From Octopus vulgaris (taxonomy: Eukaryota): a DNA stretch of 64,000 nt. Below are positions 13,299-28,030 of this stretch, piece after piece. Location of the stretch: positions 72,788,001 through 72,852,000 of the forward strand of contig OX597821.1 in NCBI GenBank assembly GCA_951406725.2. The letters run 5' to 3'. A model generated the notes under the pieces. That model was not told the DNA's origin. It did no database searches and worked only from the letters and a program-made list of their open reading frames with translations. Positions within the stretch are counted from its first letter, which is position 1, and the number at the start of each line of letters is the position of its first letter. Made by a program: the position numbers and the translations under genes.

Positions 13299-13720
13299 TA
13301 TGAAGGTTGGATGAAATGTTCACAGGCTGAGCAAGACACTCTCATGGAATGCGACTAAATGAAGTTCATTTTTTAACGTAGTTCCTCTTACTGTCCACAC
13401 ACTTCCATCAGTAGTTGCAGTGCTTGGATCGCACTGGTGAAGAAGCTATTCTATTGGTCAAAATGGTCATCAACAGCAGATAAGACGTCATCATCACAGA
13501 GATACTGGTGTCTAGCCAAGTGTTTTCCTATGTTGGGGAACAGATGATAACCAGAAGGAACCAAATCACTAACATAGGGAGGGGTGATCAACCAGTTCAA
13601 AGCCAGTCATGCACAACAGCCATTGATACCAAGGACTTGTGCGCGGAAGCATTCTCCTAATGAAACAAGACCCCATTCATAAGTTTTTCTGAGTGTTTGG
13701 TCTTGATAGCCTTTCATAAC
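13299..13720 (-). pseudogene. mariner transposase C-terminal relic with TIR
   Basis: DLVPSGYHLFPNIGKHL...DDDVLSAVDD resembles SPDLAPSDYHLF. TIR-like tatgaaggttggatgaaatgttc. Confidence 0.75.
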
Positions 13721-14559
13721 TGCCTTAGCAAGTTGGTATTGAAATTTTCCATTGATGGTGTGATCATTTTGAAGATAATCAATAAACACAATATTTTTTG
13801 CATTAATGTATAGTATATGTAATAATGTGAAGTATATTTTGCATATTAAAATGTTTAATTTTGGAAATATATCAAGCGGAACAAACATAATCAGTAAAAA
13901 TATAAATTGCAAGTATTTCAAAATGTGAGATACTACATGAAGAAAACTAACAAAAACGGAAGAGAATAGTGGTGCTTGTGTTCCAAAAGTACAATGTGAA
14001 GACTCAGGAGAAGGATAGAAAGATAGGTTCGAAGGGAAGAAAGACAGAAGGAAAGAAAATAATGAAAAGTGAAAAGGTAAACTATGGGTCTGAAGTGAGT
14101 GCTAGGCAGGAGATGAAACAAAATATATGTCTTACCTATGCACTGGTCAAGTAGAAAAAAGATGAGTGATGAAAAATTGGATGGTCTTTTGGTATCAAAA
14201 AGTGAAGAGAGACAGAGTGGAGCAGAGAAGGTTGGGAAGAGCAAGTATGAAGAAAGAGGGAGTGCTGAGAAAAAAAGGAAATAAAGATAAATAGTAGATA
14301 TTTGACAGAGGAAGAGATGGAAGGTAGATAGAAATAGATGGGGAAGGTTTTGAGTACAAGTGGGGAGAGGAGAAGGATAGAGAACTAGATAGAAAAGAGA
14401 GAAAGTCATGCACCACATATTGAACAGTGTGTGGGGTGCCATTGAGTGGGAACAGAATTGGGGTGTGTGACATTACATTAACTAACACCATAAAATATTG
14501 CCCAGAAAGTCAACACACACACACACACGTGTGTGTGTGTGTATAATGATATAATGATG

Positions 14560-14810
14560 AAGGAAATTGTATACAGTGTTCAGGTGCACTACAACTAAAA
14601 TGTAAGAAAAGGGCCATCAGGTGTACTGTTGGTGGATTTCAGGATACATGGAAGTTTTGAAGTGTCTCGACAACTAACAACTGATGCGGGCAGTTTATTC
14701 CATGCTTCAGCAATTCTGAGAGCGAAAAAATGTTTTCGAAAGTCATGGGTGCTGTGTTGTTTCTCGATTTTATAAGCATGTCTGCGAGTGTTTGTCATAA
14801 AAAATCTGAA
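14560..14810 (-). mobile_element. CR1 LINE 3' fragment
   Basis: NTRRHAYKIEK...RKHFFALRIAEAWNKLPASVV matches the TRGH..K...RK.FFS.RV...WN.LP motif. Confidence 0.8.
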
Positions 14811-15193
14811 TTTCGATAAGACAGAGTTCCTGGATTAAAATTTGATAAAAGTTTATAAAGGAAAGTGAATGGTATTCACTATTTCAAAATAAGTTGAATA
14901 ATTTCTTTCACCATAATTACTTTTATTTTATTCAATGGCTTAATAAAATTAAAGTTATGGTAAGGATGTCTGCTTAAACGAACTGTTTAAAGGTTCCACA
15001 ACAAAATAACCTTGGAAAACATTGAGTTAACTCATCAGGGTTACAATTAATTAACATTAGAAATAAATAATGCGATGACGGGAATGGGTAATGGTCTGAT
15101 AGGGAGACATGGAGACCCCTGCAAATATGGCTTTGTAGATATTGTCAGAGAAGCATGGTAATAATGCACATGTCTGTAAAGGTAAATGGCAAT

Positions 15194-15324
15194 GGTGAGG
15201 CATGGCCGTGTGGTAGGAAGTTTGCCTCTCAACCATATAGTTCCAGGTTCATTCCCACTGTATAGCATAGAAGGGGCCCAGCTGACAAAAGCCTTGTGAG
15301 TAGGAGAAAACTGAAAGAAGCCTC

Positions 15325-15379
<55 letters not shown>

Positions 15380-15555
15380 ACTGCTTGACAACCAGTGTTG
15401 GTTTGTTTACGTCCCCACCACTTAGCAATTCGGGAAAAAGACCAATAGAATAAGTTCCAGGCTATAAAGAAAAACTACTGCAGTCGATTTATTCAATTAA
15501 AACCTTTGATGCGTGCCCCAGGATGGCCGCAGTCTACTGAATGAAACAAGTAAAC
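15194..15555 (+). mobile_element. SINE family B
   Basis: Similar to the 47076 copy; central (TG)(GA)n. Confidence 0.75.
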
Positions 15556-15934
15556 GATATTAGAAGGCAGATAATACCTTTACTTCCTACTTGTTTCAGT
15601 CATTGGACGGCGGCCTAGAAGGGTTAACAAAATTAATGCGGCGATCACAGACGATAATTTTAATTAAGATTAAATCTATAGACAGGACAATGATTAACAA
15701 AATTAAACAAAGGCAACGAGTTAAGAGCAAACGGAATGTTTTTTTATGAGTTGATAATCAAAAGTGGCGATAGTTTAGGCGATGTCTTGATTACAGTGTA
15801 GTGCTAATAACACCGTTTTCGGTGCTATTAGAGTCTGTCAGTAAAAGAGCTTTACGTCTCATTCATTGCTGCGAATAAAGGAAGAGCACGGCCTTAAAAT
15901 CCATTCAGCAATTACAAAACATTTACACTAAATT

Positions 15935-16215
15935 CATGGCACTCCGTCATTTACGACGACAAGGGTTCCATTTAATCCGAACAACGGGACAGCTTACTCA
16001 TGAAATTAACGTGCAAATGGCTGAGCACTCTACAGATACATGTAGCCCTTAACGTAGTTTTCAAGGAGATTCAGCATGACACAGTGTGACAAGGCTGGCC
16101 CATTGTGATACAGATACAACAGAAACAGAAAGAAAGGGTGAGTAAGTTGTAGTGAAAGAGTACAGCAGGGTTCTCCACGTCCCCCCTACCGGAGCCTAGT
16201 GGTACTTTAAGTGTT
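15935..16215 (-). mobile_element. SINE family C body
   Basis: gaaattaacgtgcaa.tggctgagc...gagattcagc.tgacaca shared with 31858-32146. Confidence 0.7.
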
Positions 16216-16239
16216 TCGCATTTATTTCCAAAAATTTAA

Positions 16240-16442
16240 AGGTCAATAGACGTCATTGATTGGTTGAAATTGCCGAAATGCAAGAAATTAAAGAACAAAT
16301 AGCTTACAAACTACAGAATTTTCTCAAGAAAGCCAAGAGAAAAATATGTTTTATAAACACATTCTACCAGTATACGAAGTTTAAAAGTGTTTAGTTACAA
16401 AGAAATTATTTTAAAAATCTGCCGGTCAAAGCGAAAAGATCC
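16240..16442. mobile_element. single arm of the GGATCTTTT Merlin-like MITE
   Basis: gattggttgaaattgccgaaatgcaag...gaaaagatcc, homologous to 10390-10579. Confidence 0.75.
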
Positions 16443-16934
16443 AAGTTGACTTATCTCCTTAACATTTTATTTACCTTTTTAACCTAGCCAAACTGAACAA
16501 TTACCGCTGTTATTTCTTGCAAGTCAAGTAACCAAGACTTTTCGTCTGAGGCAGCCATGCTGGGCATCTCTGATGTAAAAAAGAAAAAAAAAAAAAACGA
16601 CCAACAGTTTAAACAGGCAAAACGTTACAAGAGATGTATATTACTTTAATAGCAGGAGTTACCTTTCAGACAAGCCTAAGTGTTAATTTACTGTATGAGC
16701 CCCTTTCCGTGACCCAGAAGAATGATAGATAGGAATATAACAACTTCTGCCTTGAAAAATACGACAAATGGGGATGTTTAACTGACAAGACGATGTGAAT
16801 AACATCTTCCCAAAGGCGTAAGGTAAATCTCTTTCACCCGGAAAGGTATGCGCGTGTGTGATGTGTATGTGTGTGTTTATGAGTATGTGTGTGTGTCAGT
16901 GTGCACACGTACACACACAAATATGTGTGAATGC

Positions 16935-16972
<38 letters not shown>

Positions 16973-16985
16973 TCGCATGGTACTA

Positions 16986-17196
16986 CTAGTCGTGACTAGT
17001 CGATCCTATAACGACTAGTTATAGTAAATAAAGTAAATAAAACACAAAATAAATAAATTTTTTTCACAAAGTAAATAATTTTGACAAATTTTTGTTAAAC
17101 AAAGTAAATAAAACACAAAAACACAAAGTAAATAATTTTGTTAAACAAAGTAAATAAAACAAAAACACAAAATAAGGATCGACTAGTCACGACTAG
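16986..17196. mobile_element. small MITE with 22-bp perfect TIRs and internal aaagtaaataa repeats
   Basis: ctagtcgtgactagtcgatcct ... aggatcgactagtcacgactag. Confidence 0.7.
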
Positions 17197-17455
17197 CTAG
17201 CGCGGATGCGTGCGTACGCGAGTGCGCGCAGCGGGATCACTCTTCTTAAGTAGCCCCCACTTGCATATATGAGCGTACATACGTATATTTCTGTAAATTG
17301 GGTATTATTCACATGTACTGCATTCACGCATGCGCACATCCACCCACCCACCCATCCATATGTGGCTGTGTGGTAAGAGGTTTGCTTCCCGATCACATGG
17401 TTCCGAGTTCAATCCCACTGCTTGGCACCTTGGGCAAATGTCTTCTATAACCTCA

Positions 17456-17683
17456 GGGCGAGCTGGCAGAATCGTTAAAACGCCGGGCGAAATGCGTAGC
17501 CGTATTTCGTTTGCCATTACGTTCTGAGTTCAAATTCCGCCGAGGTCGACTTTGTCTTTCATCCTTTCGGGGTCTATAAATTAAGTACTAGTTACGCACT
17601 GAGGTCAATCTAATCGACTTAATCCGTTTGTCTGTCCTTGTTTGTCGCCTCTGTGTTTAGCCCCTTGTGGGCAGTAATGAAAT
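17456..17683 (+). mobile_element. SINE family A nested in SINE B
   Basis: TSD tataacctcagg. Confidence 0.85.
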
Positions 17684-17911
17684 ATATAACCTCAGGCAAC
17701 CAGAGCCTTGTGAGTGGATATGGTAGACGGAAACTGAAAGAAACCCGTCGTATATATATGTGTGTGTGTGTGTCCTTGTGTTTGACCCCCAACATTGACA
17801 ACTGGTATTGGTTTGTTTACGTTCCTGCAACTTAACGGTTCGGTCGTCAAGGGAGACCGTAAGCATAAGTACTAGGCTTAAAAATAAGTATTGAGGGCAA
17901 TTTGACTAACC

Positions 17912-18026
17912 CAGTGGTTCCCAACCTTGTCACCACCAAGGACCCCTTTTATTTGAATGAGATTTTTCCATGGACCCCGAGTACTACTTTTGCGGACCAC
18001 CAGGGGTCACAACCTGTGGACCACTG
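17912..18026. mobile_element. hAT-like MITE nested in SINE B
   Basis: cagtggttc...gaccactg termini; 8-bp TSD gactaa(c/a)c. Confidence 0.75.
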
Positions 18027-18081
18027 GACTAAACCCTCCAAGACGGGTGCCCCAACATGGCAGCAGTCCAATGAAACAAGT

Positions 18082-18150
<69 letters not shown>

Positions 18151-18166
18151 ATTTTATTTTAGTTTT

Positions 18167-18541
18167 TTGTTTCAGTCATTTGAGTGTGGCCATGCTGAAG
18201 CACCACCTTTAGTTGAACAAATTAACACCAGTACTTATTTTTTGTAAGCCTAGTACTTATTCTATCGGTGTCTTTTGCTGAACCGCTAAGTTACGAGGAC
18301 GTAAACAAGCAGCATGGGTTGTCAAGCAACGGTGGGGGAAAAAATACAGACACATAAACACATACATACATATATATATGACAGGCTTCTTTCAGTTTCC
18401 GTCTACCAAATCTACTCACAAGGCTTTGTTTGGCCCGAGGCTATAGTACAAGACACTTGCCCAAGATGCCACGCAGTGGGATTGAACCCGGAACCATGTG
18501 GTTGGTAAGCAAGCTACTTAGCACAGATCCACTCCTGCGCC
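18167..18541 (-). mobile_element. SINE family B
   Basis: Full-length match to the family consensus. Confidence 0.85.
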
Positions 18542-18552
18542 TATGCTTGTTT

Positions 18553-18599
<47 letters not shown>

Positions 18600-19160
18600 G
18601 CAGGCATACCCGGCGTTGCACCGTATTAAGTAGCATAATTGGTGAGTCGCGAAATCCTCCAATCGTGATATTTCACGGTTCCTTGGTGGTAATTTCTCCC
18701 TTGCAAATATATGTGGTAGCCATCTGTTCTATATGAAAAAAAAAACAACAATGGATCCATCAAAGGATCATAGGATCAATGTAACTCTGAGATTCTCAAT
18801 CCAACATGTTTCAACTGAAGAACAATATATCTATTTCCTGTAGGCTCATTTAACATTAAAATTGTAACTTCAGCCCCTGTTTTTGCATTAAAACGCCGCA
18901 CATGTTCTCCCTTGTCACGCTTATTTTCCCGAAGTTGATGGTAGATTTGACCTTGGATTCTTACAGATGGATTCCAACATTGGACAGATGCATGTTTGTG
19001 ACTGGTTATTTTGGTTATATATACATATGGTGTGTGTGTATTATTTGTGACGTCACAAAGGTGACGTCTGGACCCTTGAGTCGCCTATGCAGATTCGCAG
19101 TTAATAAATGAATAAATATCTACGCTACCTTACGCATTGAGATATTTCTTGTTTGTATAA

Positions 19161-19391
19161 GGCGGCGAGCTGGCAGAAACGTTAGCACGCCGGGCGAAAT
19201 GCTTAGCAGTATTTCGTCTGCCGCTACGTTCTGAGTTCAAATTCCGCCGAGGTCGACTTTGCCTTTCTTCCTTTCGGGGTCGATTAAAAAAGTACTAGTT
19301 ACGCACTGGGGTCGATGTAATCGACTTAATCCGTTTGTCTGTCCTTGTTTGTCTCCTTTATGTTTAGCCCCTTGTGGGTAGTAAAGAAATA
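19161..19391 (+). mobile_element. SINE family A, full length
   Basis: A/B boxes and tail ...gccccttgtgggtagtaaagaaata; TSD-like tgtttgtat. Confidence 0.9.
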
Positions 19392-19589
19392 GATGTTTCT
19401 TCTGTTTGTATTATCAAAATACACACACACACACACTCTATATGTGTGTGTGTGTGTATGCACATGCGCACACATATACGTACATATAAACATAAATATA
19501 CATACATATATATTTACATACATACATATGTACATACATGTATGCATATATCCTCGTTTTACGCCCGCTTTTCCACGCTGGTACGCGCG

Positions 19590-19623
<34 letters not shown>

Positions 19624-20138
19624 ATATTTGAAACTTTCAGTGCAGACGGTTACACAAATTTCTCCGGAACACCGAGCATGCACTCGAATTCAAAAACATA
19701 ACGCTAATGTTTTCAAAATAAACGCACCCACATGTACTGGCGCGCGCACACACACACACATACACACACACACAGACAGTGATGGAGGACTTAGGTTGAA
19801 AATTAAGATAGCAAAGTTACTGTTAAAAGAACACATACAAAAAAAAATACGCTGCCTCCTCTTGATGTCATTAAAAGAAGTAAACAGATGCAAAAAATAA
19901 ATTAGACTGAAGTGGTCTACCATTTTGGCAGCAGCTTATTAACATTCCTGAAAACTTTAAAATGAAATTTCCATGTCTACACCTCTCTCTCTCTCTCCCT
20001 CTCTCTCCCATATCTCTGCCTTCTCTCTCTCTCTAGCTCTCCCTCCTTCTCTCGTCTCAACTCATGCAACCATTGATTAAGGATAACATTCGCAAGTTTC
20101 GAATTGTACTGGATATACATTTATGTATGCATTTGCGC

Positions 20139-20194
<56 letters not shown>

Positions 20195-20687
20195 AGCAAA
20201 CGATGTAAATATACATGGAGAGAAAGAATACTGCACGTAGAGTGGCATTGGAATTAAGAGCCAACACTTCACAAATATTTACTCTGATTTTGTCGTTACG
20301 AAAAATAAAACATAATTTTGTATTTAATGAACACAAAGCTGCTTTTCCGTTCGGGAAAAATCTTTCTGCAGACGAACAGTGTTAAAAAACACAATTTACT
20401 TCATAGACAGGCGGAACGAACTCGTTGCAGATGTGAACATGAGAGAAGCAGATGCCGTATTTCTCCGTCATTGCGGCGCTTCAATGCTGTGCACTCGCGA
20501 CATTTCTAAAACGCAATCGAAATCTTTAGTCCGAAGTATCTACAGATAGTGTGTACAAACTATTTGCTGATGTACAAATGGCATCGCACAAAATAAAAAT
20601 TCAAATTTTGCAATTATAGTAGCTCTGTAATGTAAAAAAAAGAAGCTATCAGTACCACATATTTAACGTATATATACGAATGTATGA

Positions 20688-20731
<44 letters not shown>

Positions 20732-20764
20732 TGAATGGAATCGCGATATTAGAACGCAGCCAAA

Positions 20765-20985
20765 GGCGGCCAGCTGGCGGATTCCTTAGCGCACTGAACT
20801 AAATGCTTAGCGGCATTTCGTCCGTTTTTACGCAATGGGTTCAAATTCCACCGAAGTCGACTTTGTCTTTCATCTTTTTGGGGTCGATAAAATAAGTACC
20901 AGTTGAGTATTGAGGGTCGATGTAATCAGCTTATCCCCTCCTCCCGGAATCATTGGCTTTGTGCTAAAATTTTAAACCAGTATTT
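20765..20985 (+). mobile_element. SINE family A variant with an alternative tail
   Basis: Same head and central block, different 3' end. Confidence 0.75.
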
Positions 20986-21198
20986 GAATACAGCCATTAC
21001 CATGCTGACCATGGTCACCACGGCGATGATTTTCATCAATGCGACAATAATCACTACGGTCACCATAGCAATTTTGAGTTTATTAAGGAGGTTTCTGGAA
21101 TGCAATAAAACTTCCACTTAATTATTTTATTTATTGAAACATCTGCGGAGATAATTCGGTAGCTAATGGTAGATGGTATTTAATTGAATTTATATAAG

Positions 21199-21292
<94 letters not shown>

Positions 21293-21751
21293 TGTATGTA
21301 TATTGGTCAAGACTCAATAAATACTATGTACAATTAATTAATTAATTAATCTCGTAACAAATAATAATTAGTAGTGCAATATATGTTATGCAATTTTCCT
21401 ACACAAGGAAGGTGTTTGATCTGCTAGAAATACCAGTTAAGCTTCTCCAAATTACACACTGACTTTAATCATCACTGTCTTAAATCATTGACCTGTGATG
21501 AAAAGCATTCCAACCGTGGCTCTCCAATCTTTTCCTATCCCTAGGATTACATTTTCCAGTGTTTTCCTTGGCTAGGAAGACCTGGCAGATTTTGTTATAG
21601 TTCGTTGCAAATAGAATCTGTAAGCAAGACAGTAAAAATATACGAGACTTTTTTAAAGTTTAGCAAGTAATTCCGATCGTTGTTGTTATCCAAATTCCAG
21701 CGATGGAAAACATTCTCCCTTATAATTCAATTAATAAAAAAGACGACTCAT

Positions 21752-21820
<69 letters not shown>

Positions 21821-22620
21821 TACATACATACACACGCATACATGCATACACATTATATACAAACATGCATGCTTACATCATACACACATATGCATACATA
21901 CATACACACATACATACATGCATACAAAAATACATACATACATACATATATACATACACACATACATACATTACATACAAACAAGCTATGTCTAAAGATT
22001 TGCACTGAAACTTAGAAATGCTCTGATTTTTTAAAGAAAGAACAAAAGAAATTGATGCACATTCTCTAAATCCTATCAGCGGCACAATAAAGATTTGTAA
22101 GATATTCCAAAGATTCTCCATCAGCGATTCTTTAAATGAATACATGCATACACTTGATTGTGTACATCTACAAAGACACATATGTATGTAGTAATGACAC
22201 ACACACACACACGCACGCACACACTCTCTCTCTCTTTATCTATCTCCCCCTCTCTCTCTCACACATATACTCTTTCTCTCTCTATCTCTATCTCACACAC
22301 ACAAACACACATATAAGCACTAAAGATGTGGTGTTCACACAGAACATAATTTCTGGTGCATACACCTACATATATACACACACAAATTTAAACACTTATT
22401 TACAAATCCTAAGAACTGTCTTCATTCGAAAAGTCTTGTTTTGTTAGCTTCAACTTAATTAAGAACTTAAATAAAACTCAAATGAAAATCTTATATACAA
22501 ATACGTATATATATATAGTAAATTTTAAAAAAAACAAGAAAGAACAAACACAAAAGACAACAACTTGAGGACGTGGTACACATAAAATATTAGCAGACGC
22601 TCAGGGAAGGAAAGAAAGGC

Positions 22621-22653
22621 GGTTTTACATTTCGAGCAAAGTTCTTCAGAAAC
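22621..22653 (-). ncRNA. degenerate hammerhead-like motif
   Basis: gttt CTGAAGA actttgctc GAAA tgTA aaac. Stem I gttt/aaac is intact; stem II is partly deleted. Confidence 0.5.
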
Positions 22654-22733
22654 AGAAGACAAGAAAGTCGAATAGGAAAGGAAGATGGAGGAAAAAAAAA
22701 TCGCTAGCAATTCACATGTGGTTACATTTATAC

Positions 22734-22790
<57 letters not shown>

Positions 22791-22878
22791 TACACACACA
22801 TACGTACATACATACATGCATACTTACATTTATACGCAAACAGTTTGATTCAAACTTCTTGGTACTCTGAATTTCATC

Positions 22879-22920
<42 letters not shown>

Positions 22921-24238
22921 TAGCTGGTTTACCCAGTAATTACAGGGGGTAAAGATGTTCCATTGAAACGCCTTATTCCTCTGACATAAGAAAGCAATTT
23001 CGTTATAACTGCCATAAAAGGTGTCTTTTCCGTCACGGAAAAGTACAAAAAACTGTCAGCTGGAGGAGGGAGAGATTGTTGGAGGTTGGTGAGAGAGGTT
23101 GTTGGAGGTTGGCGAGAGGCAAAGACATCATTCTACTTAGCGAAGGCATCTGGGAAATGTATAACTGCTGCCATTCACAGAAAAACTATTGTTTTACCGT
23201 GTGAAAAGTGCTGTTAAGTGAAATTTGGCAATCGAGGATCGAATTCACACTATGCCTGTATGAAGCCACTACAAATACGTTGTGAAATAAAAAATTTATC
23301 TACTGTCATGGTAAAAGTGTAACTGTAAAAATGCAGAATTATCGGAACAATGGGCATTCAAAAAAGTATGTATGTATAGAAATGTATGAATGAAGTCTTT
23401 AATGTTTCCATCCAAGACTTCATTTAACTCCAGTTTATTAGACTTATTTTATGTCAGAATATGACAGCAAGAAAGAGGCGTCAGGGACTCCACTAACAAT
23501 ATATATATAGGACATTGAACATATACACACATGCAAAAATACCCTGTTAATATTGAAAGTCCAATGAAGGAGTCTTGGATCTAGGTAAGAAACCGTCTTT
23601 TTTTCTCTATTGGCAAGAGACCGTGAAATAAAACTGAATAATGACATACATACGTACGTACGTATGTACCTTATATTTCCGCATATAAGACGACCTTTAA
23701 ATCCTAAAATTTACCCTAAAAATTTGGAGTCGTCTTATACCACCATTCTACAAATCAAAATTTTAAGTGATTTCAGAAGTAAGCTAACCTTGACCTCGAT
23801 GCGATAACCACAGACATACGTGAACAGATTAACAAAATAAAAATAAAAATTACAATATAGGTAATAAAAACATTTTTACTTTGTATATTATTGGCATATC
23901 TCCGTAATAAAATAGCCTATTCGAGAGATAATTCTATATGATTCAATTCAACTTTTATCTATGCGAGTTCGGCTGAGAAAATGTAAACATCGAGTTATGG
24001 TTGCGCTCACAGTAATCTTTATCTTCCGTTAATCTTTCGAAAATTTTAATGATGTATAACTGTAGTAATAACATTTGGAATAACATATTTATATTTTTCA
24101 TAAAATATCTATTATCATTTGGTGGTAAATAACACAAGATGGATTACACACAACCTTTTTTTTAAATAAAATTATTTTACAGTAGTTGCATTTAAAAGAA
24201 ATTATAAATTGAAAAAAATTTCTTATCAAGATATATAA

Positions 24239-24629
24239 TCTCTTTATATATAAAGCTGAAGTTGTCTGTGTATGGCAGGTTTGGTAGCCTTCAACTAACA
24301 CTATCTCCTCCAAGACGCTGCGGCGCAAGTTGACCAACATTGAGAGTGTGATAGAAGGCTTGCTCTTCCTTCCGTAGAAGAAAATATTCAAATCGGACCA
24401 TGTTAACACCCAAAATTATTTACATCATAAAGGTGCTTTTTTTCTATGAAAATCCCTATTTTTTACGATTTTTTGAGTGCTGTGTCGCCATTTTTCGGTG
24501 TATTTCAACCAGAAAAATGTTCACTTAAAGAGAATAACAAGCTACATAACGCAACATTTTTACTTTTCAAAAATTCCAATTCTAAGTGGGGTCGAAACAA
24601 ACCCGAGCAACGCCGGGCGATACTGCTAG
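24239..24629 (+). mobile_element. non-autonomous Helitron
   Basis: 5' TC, 3' hairpin cccgagcaacgccggg followed by CTAG, inserted between A and T. Three copies in the window. Confidence 0.85.
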
Positions 24630-24630
24630 T

Positions 24631-25411
24631 ATTAATAAAACGTAAAACCTTTTCAATCCATAATTTCGCACCACTCTCGTCCATCCACCCTTTCTCGTGA
24701 AAATGAACAAAAACGCCAGGAGGAAAATCTATTGTTTTACGTTTAAAAATAACCATAGATTTTAATTTTGTACCGTCAGCCATGCAGGATAATACCACCA
24801 TAAACCTCGTTTTCTCATATCCTGTGCTTTTACAATGCACTGTTTTTACTCCTTTCAAATCTACCGTTTTGTTACCCAATATGTCAAAGTTTAATAGAGT
24901 TTCATCCATATTTCCAATATGAGACAATGGAAACTGGTGCCTTTTTCTCAGCTGGATGATGAACTGGTGAAAACTGGTTACTTTGTGATCGAGATCTCTC
25001 GGGAGATTTTGGGCGATTTTTATTTTCTCCCTTATTACCAGATATTTTCTGTTAATAAAACGATTGCACCAACCTACTGTTGCTTTAAAATCTTTACTTT
25101 CTCCTTTATAGCCCATTTGAGAACATAAGATCTTATTTTATTTCGTTTTACAATGTAGCCATCTTGTCTCTGCTGGACTACCCATCCTACTACATCATTT
25201 TCCAACTTCAGCCAATGAGTGCTTCCTCTTCCCATTACACATTTCTGTTTGGGAATTTGTCTTAACTTTCCTTCATTCTTTCTTCACGTTCGTACTTCTC
25301 AATAGCATCGAATGTTCCAGAAGTAGCACGATTGTTCGAACTCTTGACAACTTCTATAACTTTCAATTTGAAACTAGCCTCATATTTTCTTCTTTTTGTT
25401 GGTAGTTGCAT
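24631..25411 (-). pseudogene. pogo transposase: Brinker-type DBD, CENP-B HTH and partial DDE_1; frameshifted and truncated
   Basis: MQLPTKRRKYEASFKLKVIE...; FKATVGWCNRF; IGNMDETLLNFD; GYEKTRFMVVLSCMADGTKL; KGWMDE. Confidence 0.85.
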
Positions 25412-26718
25412 ATTGGCATGGGTATAGAATACGTATATATTTCACTTGACTTGATAGTTTGTGATTTTATATGAAGGTAAATGGTTATTGATACTCTAGG
25501 CTGACTGTAGCTGTTTAGAACGTTTCAGTCATACGAACTACCATTATCGTATTCTTGTTAGCGGCTGTTGTGATAGCGATAAAGTTTTGATAAAGAAGAA
25601 GAATCAGAACTCAGAAGAGATCAGCTGATAAACGTAAACAAAACAATGGTTACCCTTTTAGGCAGAGTGTATAGGCAAAACATGATATAGAATCGTTTTT
25701 GTTTTTATTAGTAAATGTCAGGGTGTATATAGGATACATTGGTATATATTTTGTGAATAGGAGAAGAGGAAAAAGCGGGGAAATCAGTATTTGTGAGAGA
25801 TCGGCTGTTGAAACGTAAACAAAACAATGGTTCCCTCTTAGGCGACGTGTGTACGAAAAAACATGACATAGAAACGGATTTGTTATTTCGTTTATTTTAA
25901 TTTCTAAGGATATAGTAAGTAAAAAAGAAAAACAAAAACAGAAAAATATTTGCAATAACATCATCTTTACATGACTAATATTTCTAAAGATAACTGTTGT
26001 TGCAAAAGCCAGCCTGTACACAGATGGTCTTGTAATTTAGCAGTCGTCTTATACTACAGATATGAGATAAATTCATGAATTTTTTTTACAAATTTTGACC
26101 TCGTCTTACCTAAAGGTCGTCTTAAACACGGAAATATGCGGTACATACGTACAAAACTTCCATACATTCCAAAGATTTGTGCATCGACAGCTCGACCAAC
26201 ACGAACTTAACCACTATTTACAAACACCAGGAACTCTCTTAACCCAGAAAGTCTTGTCACTTTATTAGCGACCGGCTTGAACTCTCTTAAGAACTGACAA
26301 TAAAAAATTTTTAAAAGCATACATACATACACGCATACATACATATATGCATTCATTCATACAAGCGTACATACACACACACACACATATACATGCATAC
26401 ATATCTATATATATATGTTGTATATACATATAAATATGTATTCGCAGATAAATATGGACAGTATGATAATGAAACGACAAATGAACGTATGATTGATACA
26501 TGCTTCTTGAAGTTCTATTCTAAATTGGTAAATTCTTTCAAATAATTAAAATCTAATTAGTTTCAGATTGCCTAAGATGAATTAAGAGTAGAAATGGGTC
26601 AGTCTATGTAGAGTACTTCATAACACACTCACGCACACACACTCAAACATATTCTCAAACACACATACACACACACATCTCACACACACACATATGCTCA
26701 AATACACACACACACATG

Positions 26719-26756
<38 letters not shown>

Positions 26757-27098
26757 TTTGATGTAAAAAAAAATACTGTTACATAAGGTAACCACTTGGC
26801 TGAGTTACGATTAGTTTCGAGAGAGCGGTTAACAATTCCTATAACTTGACAACCAGCTGAGAGACAGCGCTGGTGAGTGTCAGCCATGCTATATATATCA
26901 AGAAAGTGGTGGTGGGCCTGTCATTACAAAAAAAAAAAAAAAACGAATTACATAAACATGTCTATATTATAAGGAGCAGGTGCAGGTTGTGTGTTTGTGT
27001 GTGTTACTGAGTCGTCTAATATGCGTGTCAATGAAAAAAGCCATTCGCCTCCGCTGAGTTTTGTAGCAGCTGATGATGCTGTAATATTATAACCTCTT

Positions 27099-27487
27099 CT
27101 AGCAGTATCGCTCGGCATTGCTCGGGTTTGTTTCGAGCCTTTAGAATTGGAATTTTTGAAAAGTAAAAATTTTGCGTTATGTAGCTTGTTATTCTCTTTA
27201 AGTGAACATTTTTCTGGTTGAAATACACCGAAAAATGGCGACACAGCAGTAAAAAAACCGTAAAAAATAGGGATTTTCATAGGAAAAAAGCACCTTTTTG
27301 ATGTAAATAATTTTTGCTGTTAACATGGTCCGATTTGAATATTTTCTTCTACGGAAGGAAGAGCAAGTCTTCTATCATACTCTCAATTTTGGTCAACTTG
27401 CGCCGCAGGGTCTCGGAGAAGATAGTGTTAGTTGAAGGCTACCAAACCTGCCATACACAGACAACTTCAGCTTTATATAGAGAGAGA
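27099..27487 (-). mobile_element. non-autonomous Helitron (same family)
   Basis: Reverse complement of the 24239-24629 copy. Confidence 0.85.
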
Positions 27488-28030
27488 TTACCAGAGAGTT
27501 CACTAGTACTGAGAAGTCGGCCGCCATTGTTCCAGCTTAAGACTCATAACTTTCACTGATTCACATGTGTACGAACATGAATTGCTTTACTTCTTTGATC
27601 AGAAATATTTATCAATGGTTGATCAATCGTATTGCTTTTTTTCTTTCATTGTTCACAAAACCTGGTATCTATTTACTACTGGTGACGATGGTAGTGGTGG
27701 TGGGGCGTCATGTAACACAACGTTGTGCTTATTTATGCGATTTTCCAGATAAAAAAGATAAAAACGTGAAAGTAAATATATTGAAATAAAGTAAAATAAG
27801 AACATTCGTTGAATGGAATGAAACTTATTTTCAAATATTGCATAGATGAACGGAAGTAATGCTATAATAATGAAAGGATTTAAATCTCTCACCCCCCATC
27901 TCCGAAACAATTAGTCGTCACTGTCGTCGCCGTTGTCGATGTCGCCGCTGCTGCCACCACCGTCATCGTTAGACGGAATATAAGGTAGATTTTTCTGTCG
28001 GATGCCCTTCCTGTCGCCAACCCTTTCGTG

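Larger units (their letters stand above)
17361..18082 (+). mobile_element. SINE family B carrying two nested insertions
   Basis: Family B consensus resumes after each insert. Confidence 0.8.
23669..26141 (-). mobile_element. pogo (POGK/Passer-like) DNA transposon, defective
   Basis: TIRs cc(tt/gc)atatttccg...taagacgacc with TA flanks. Confidence 0.85.
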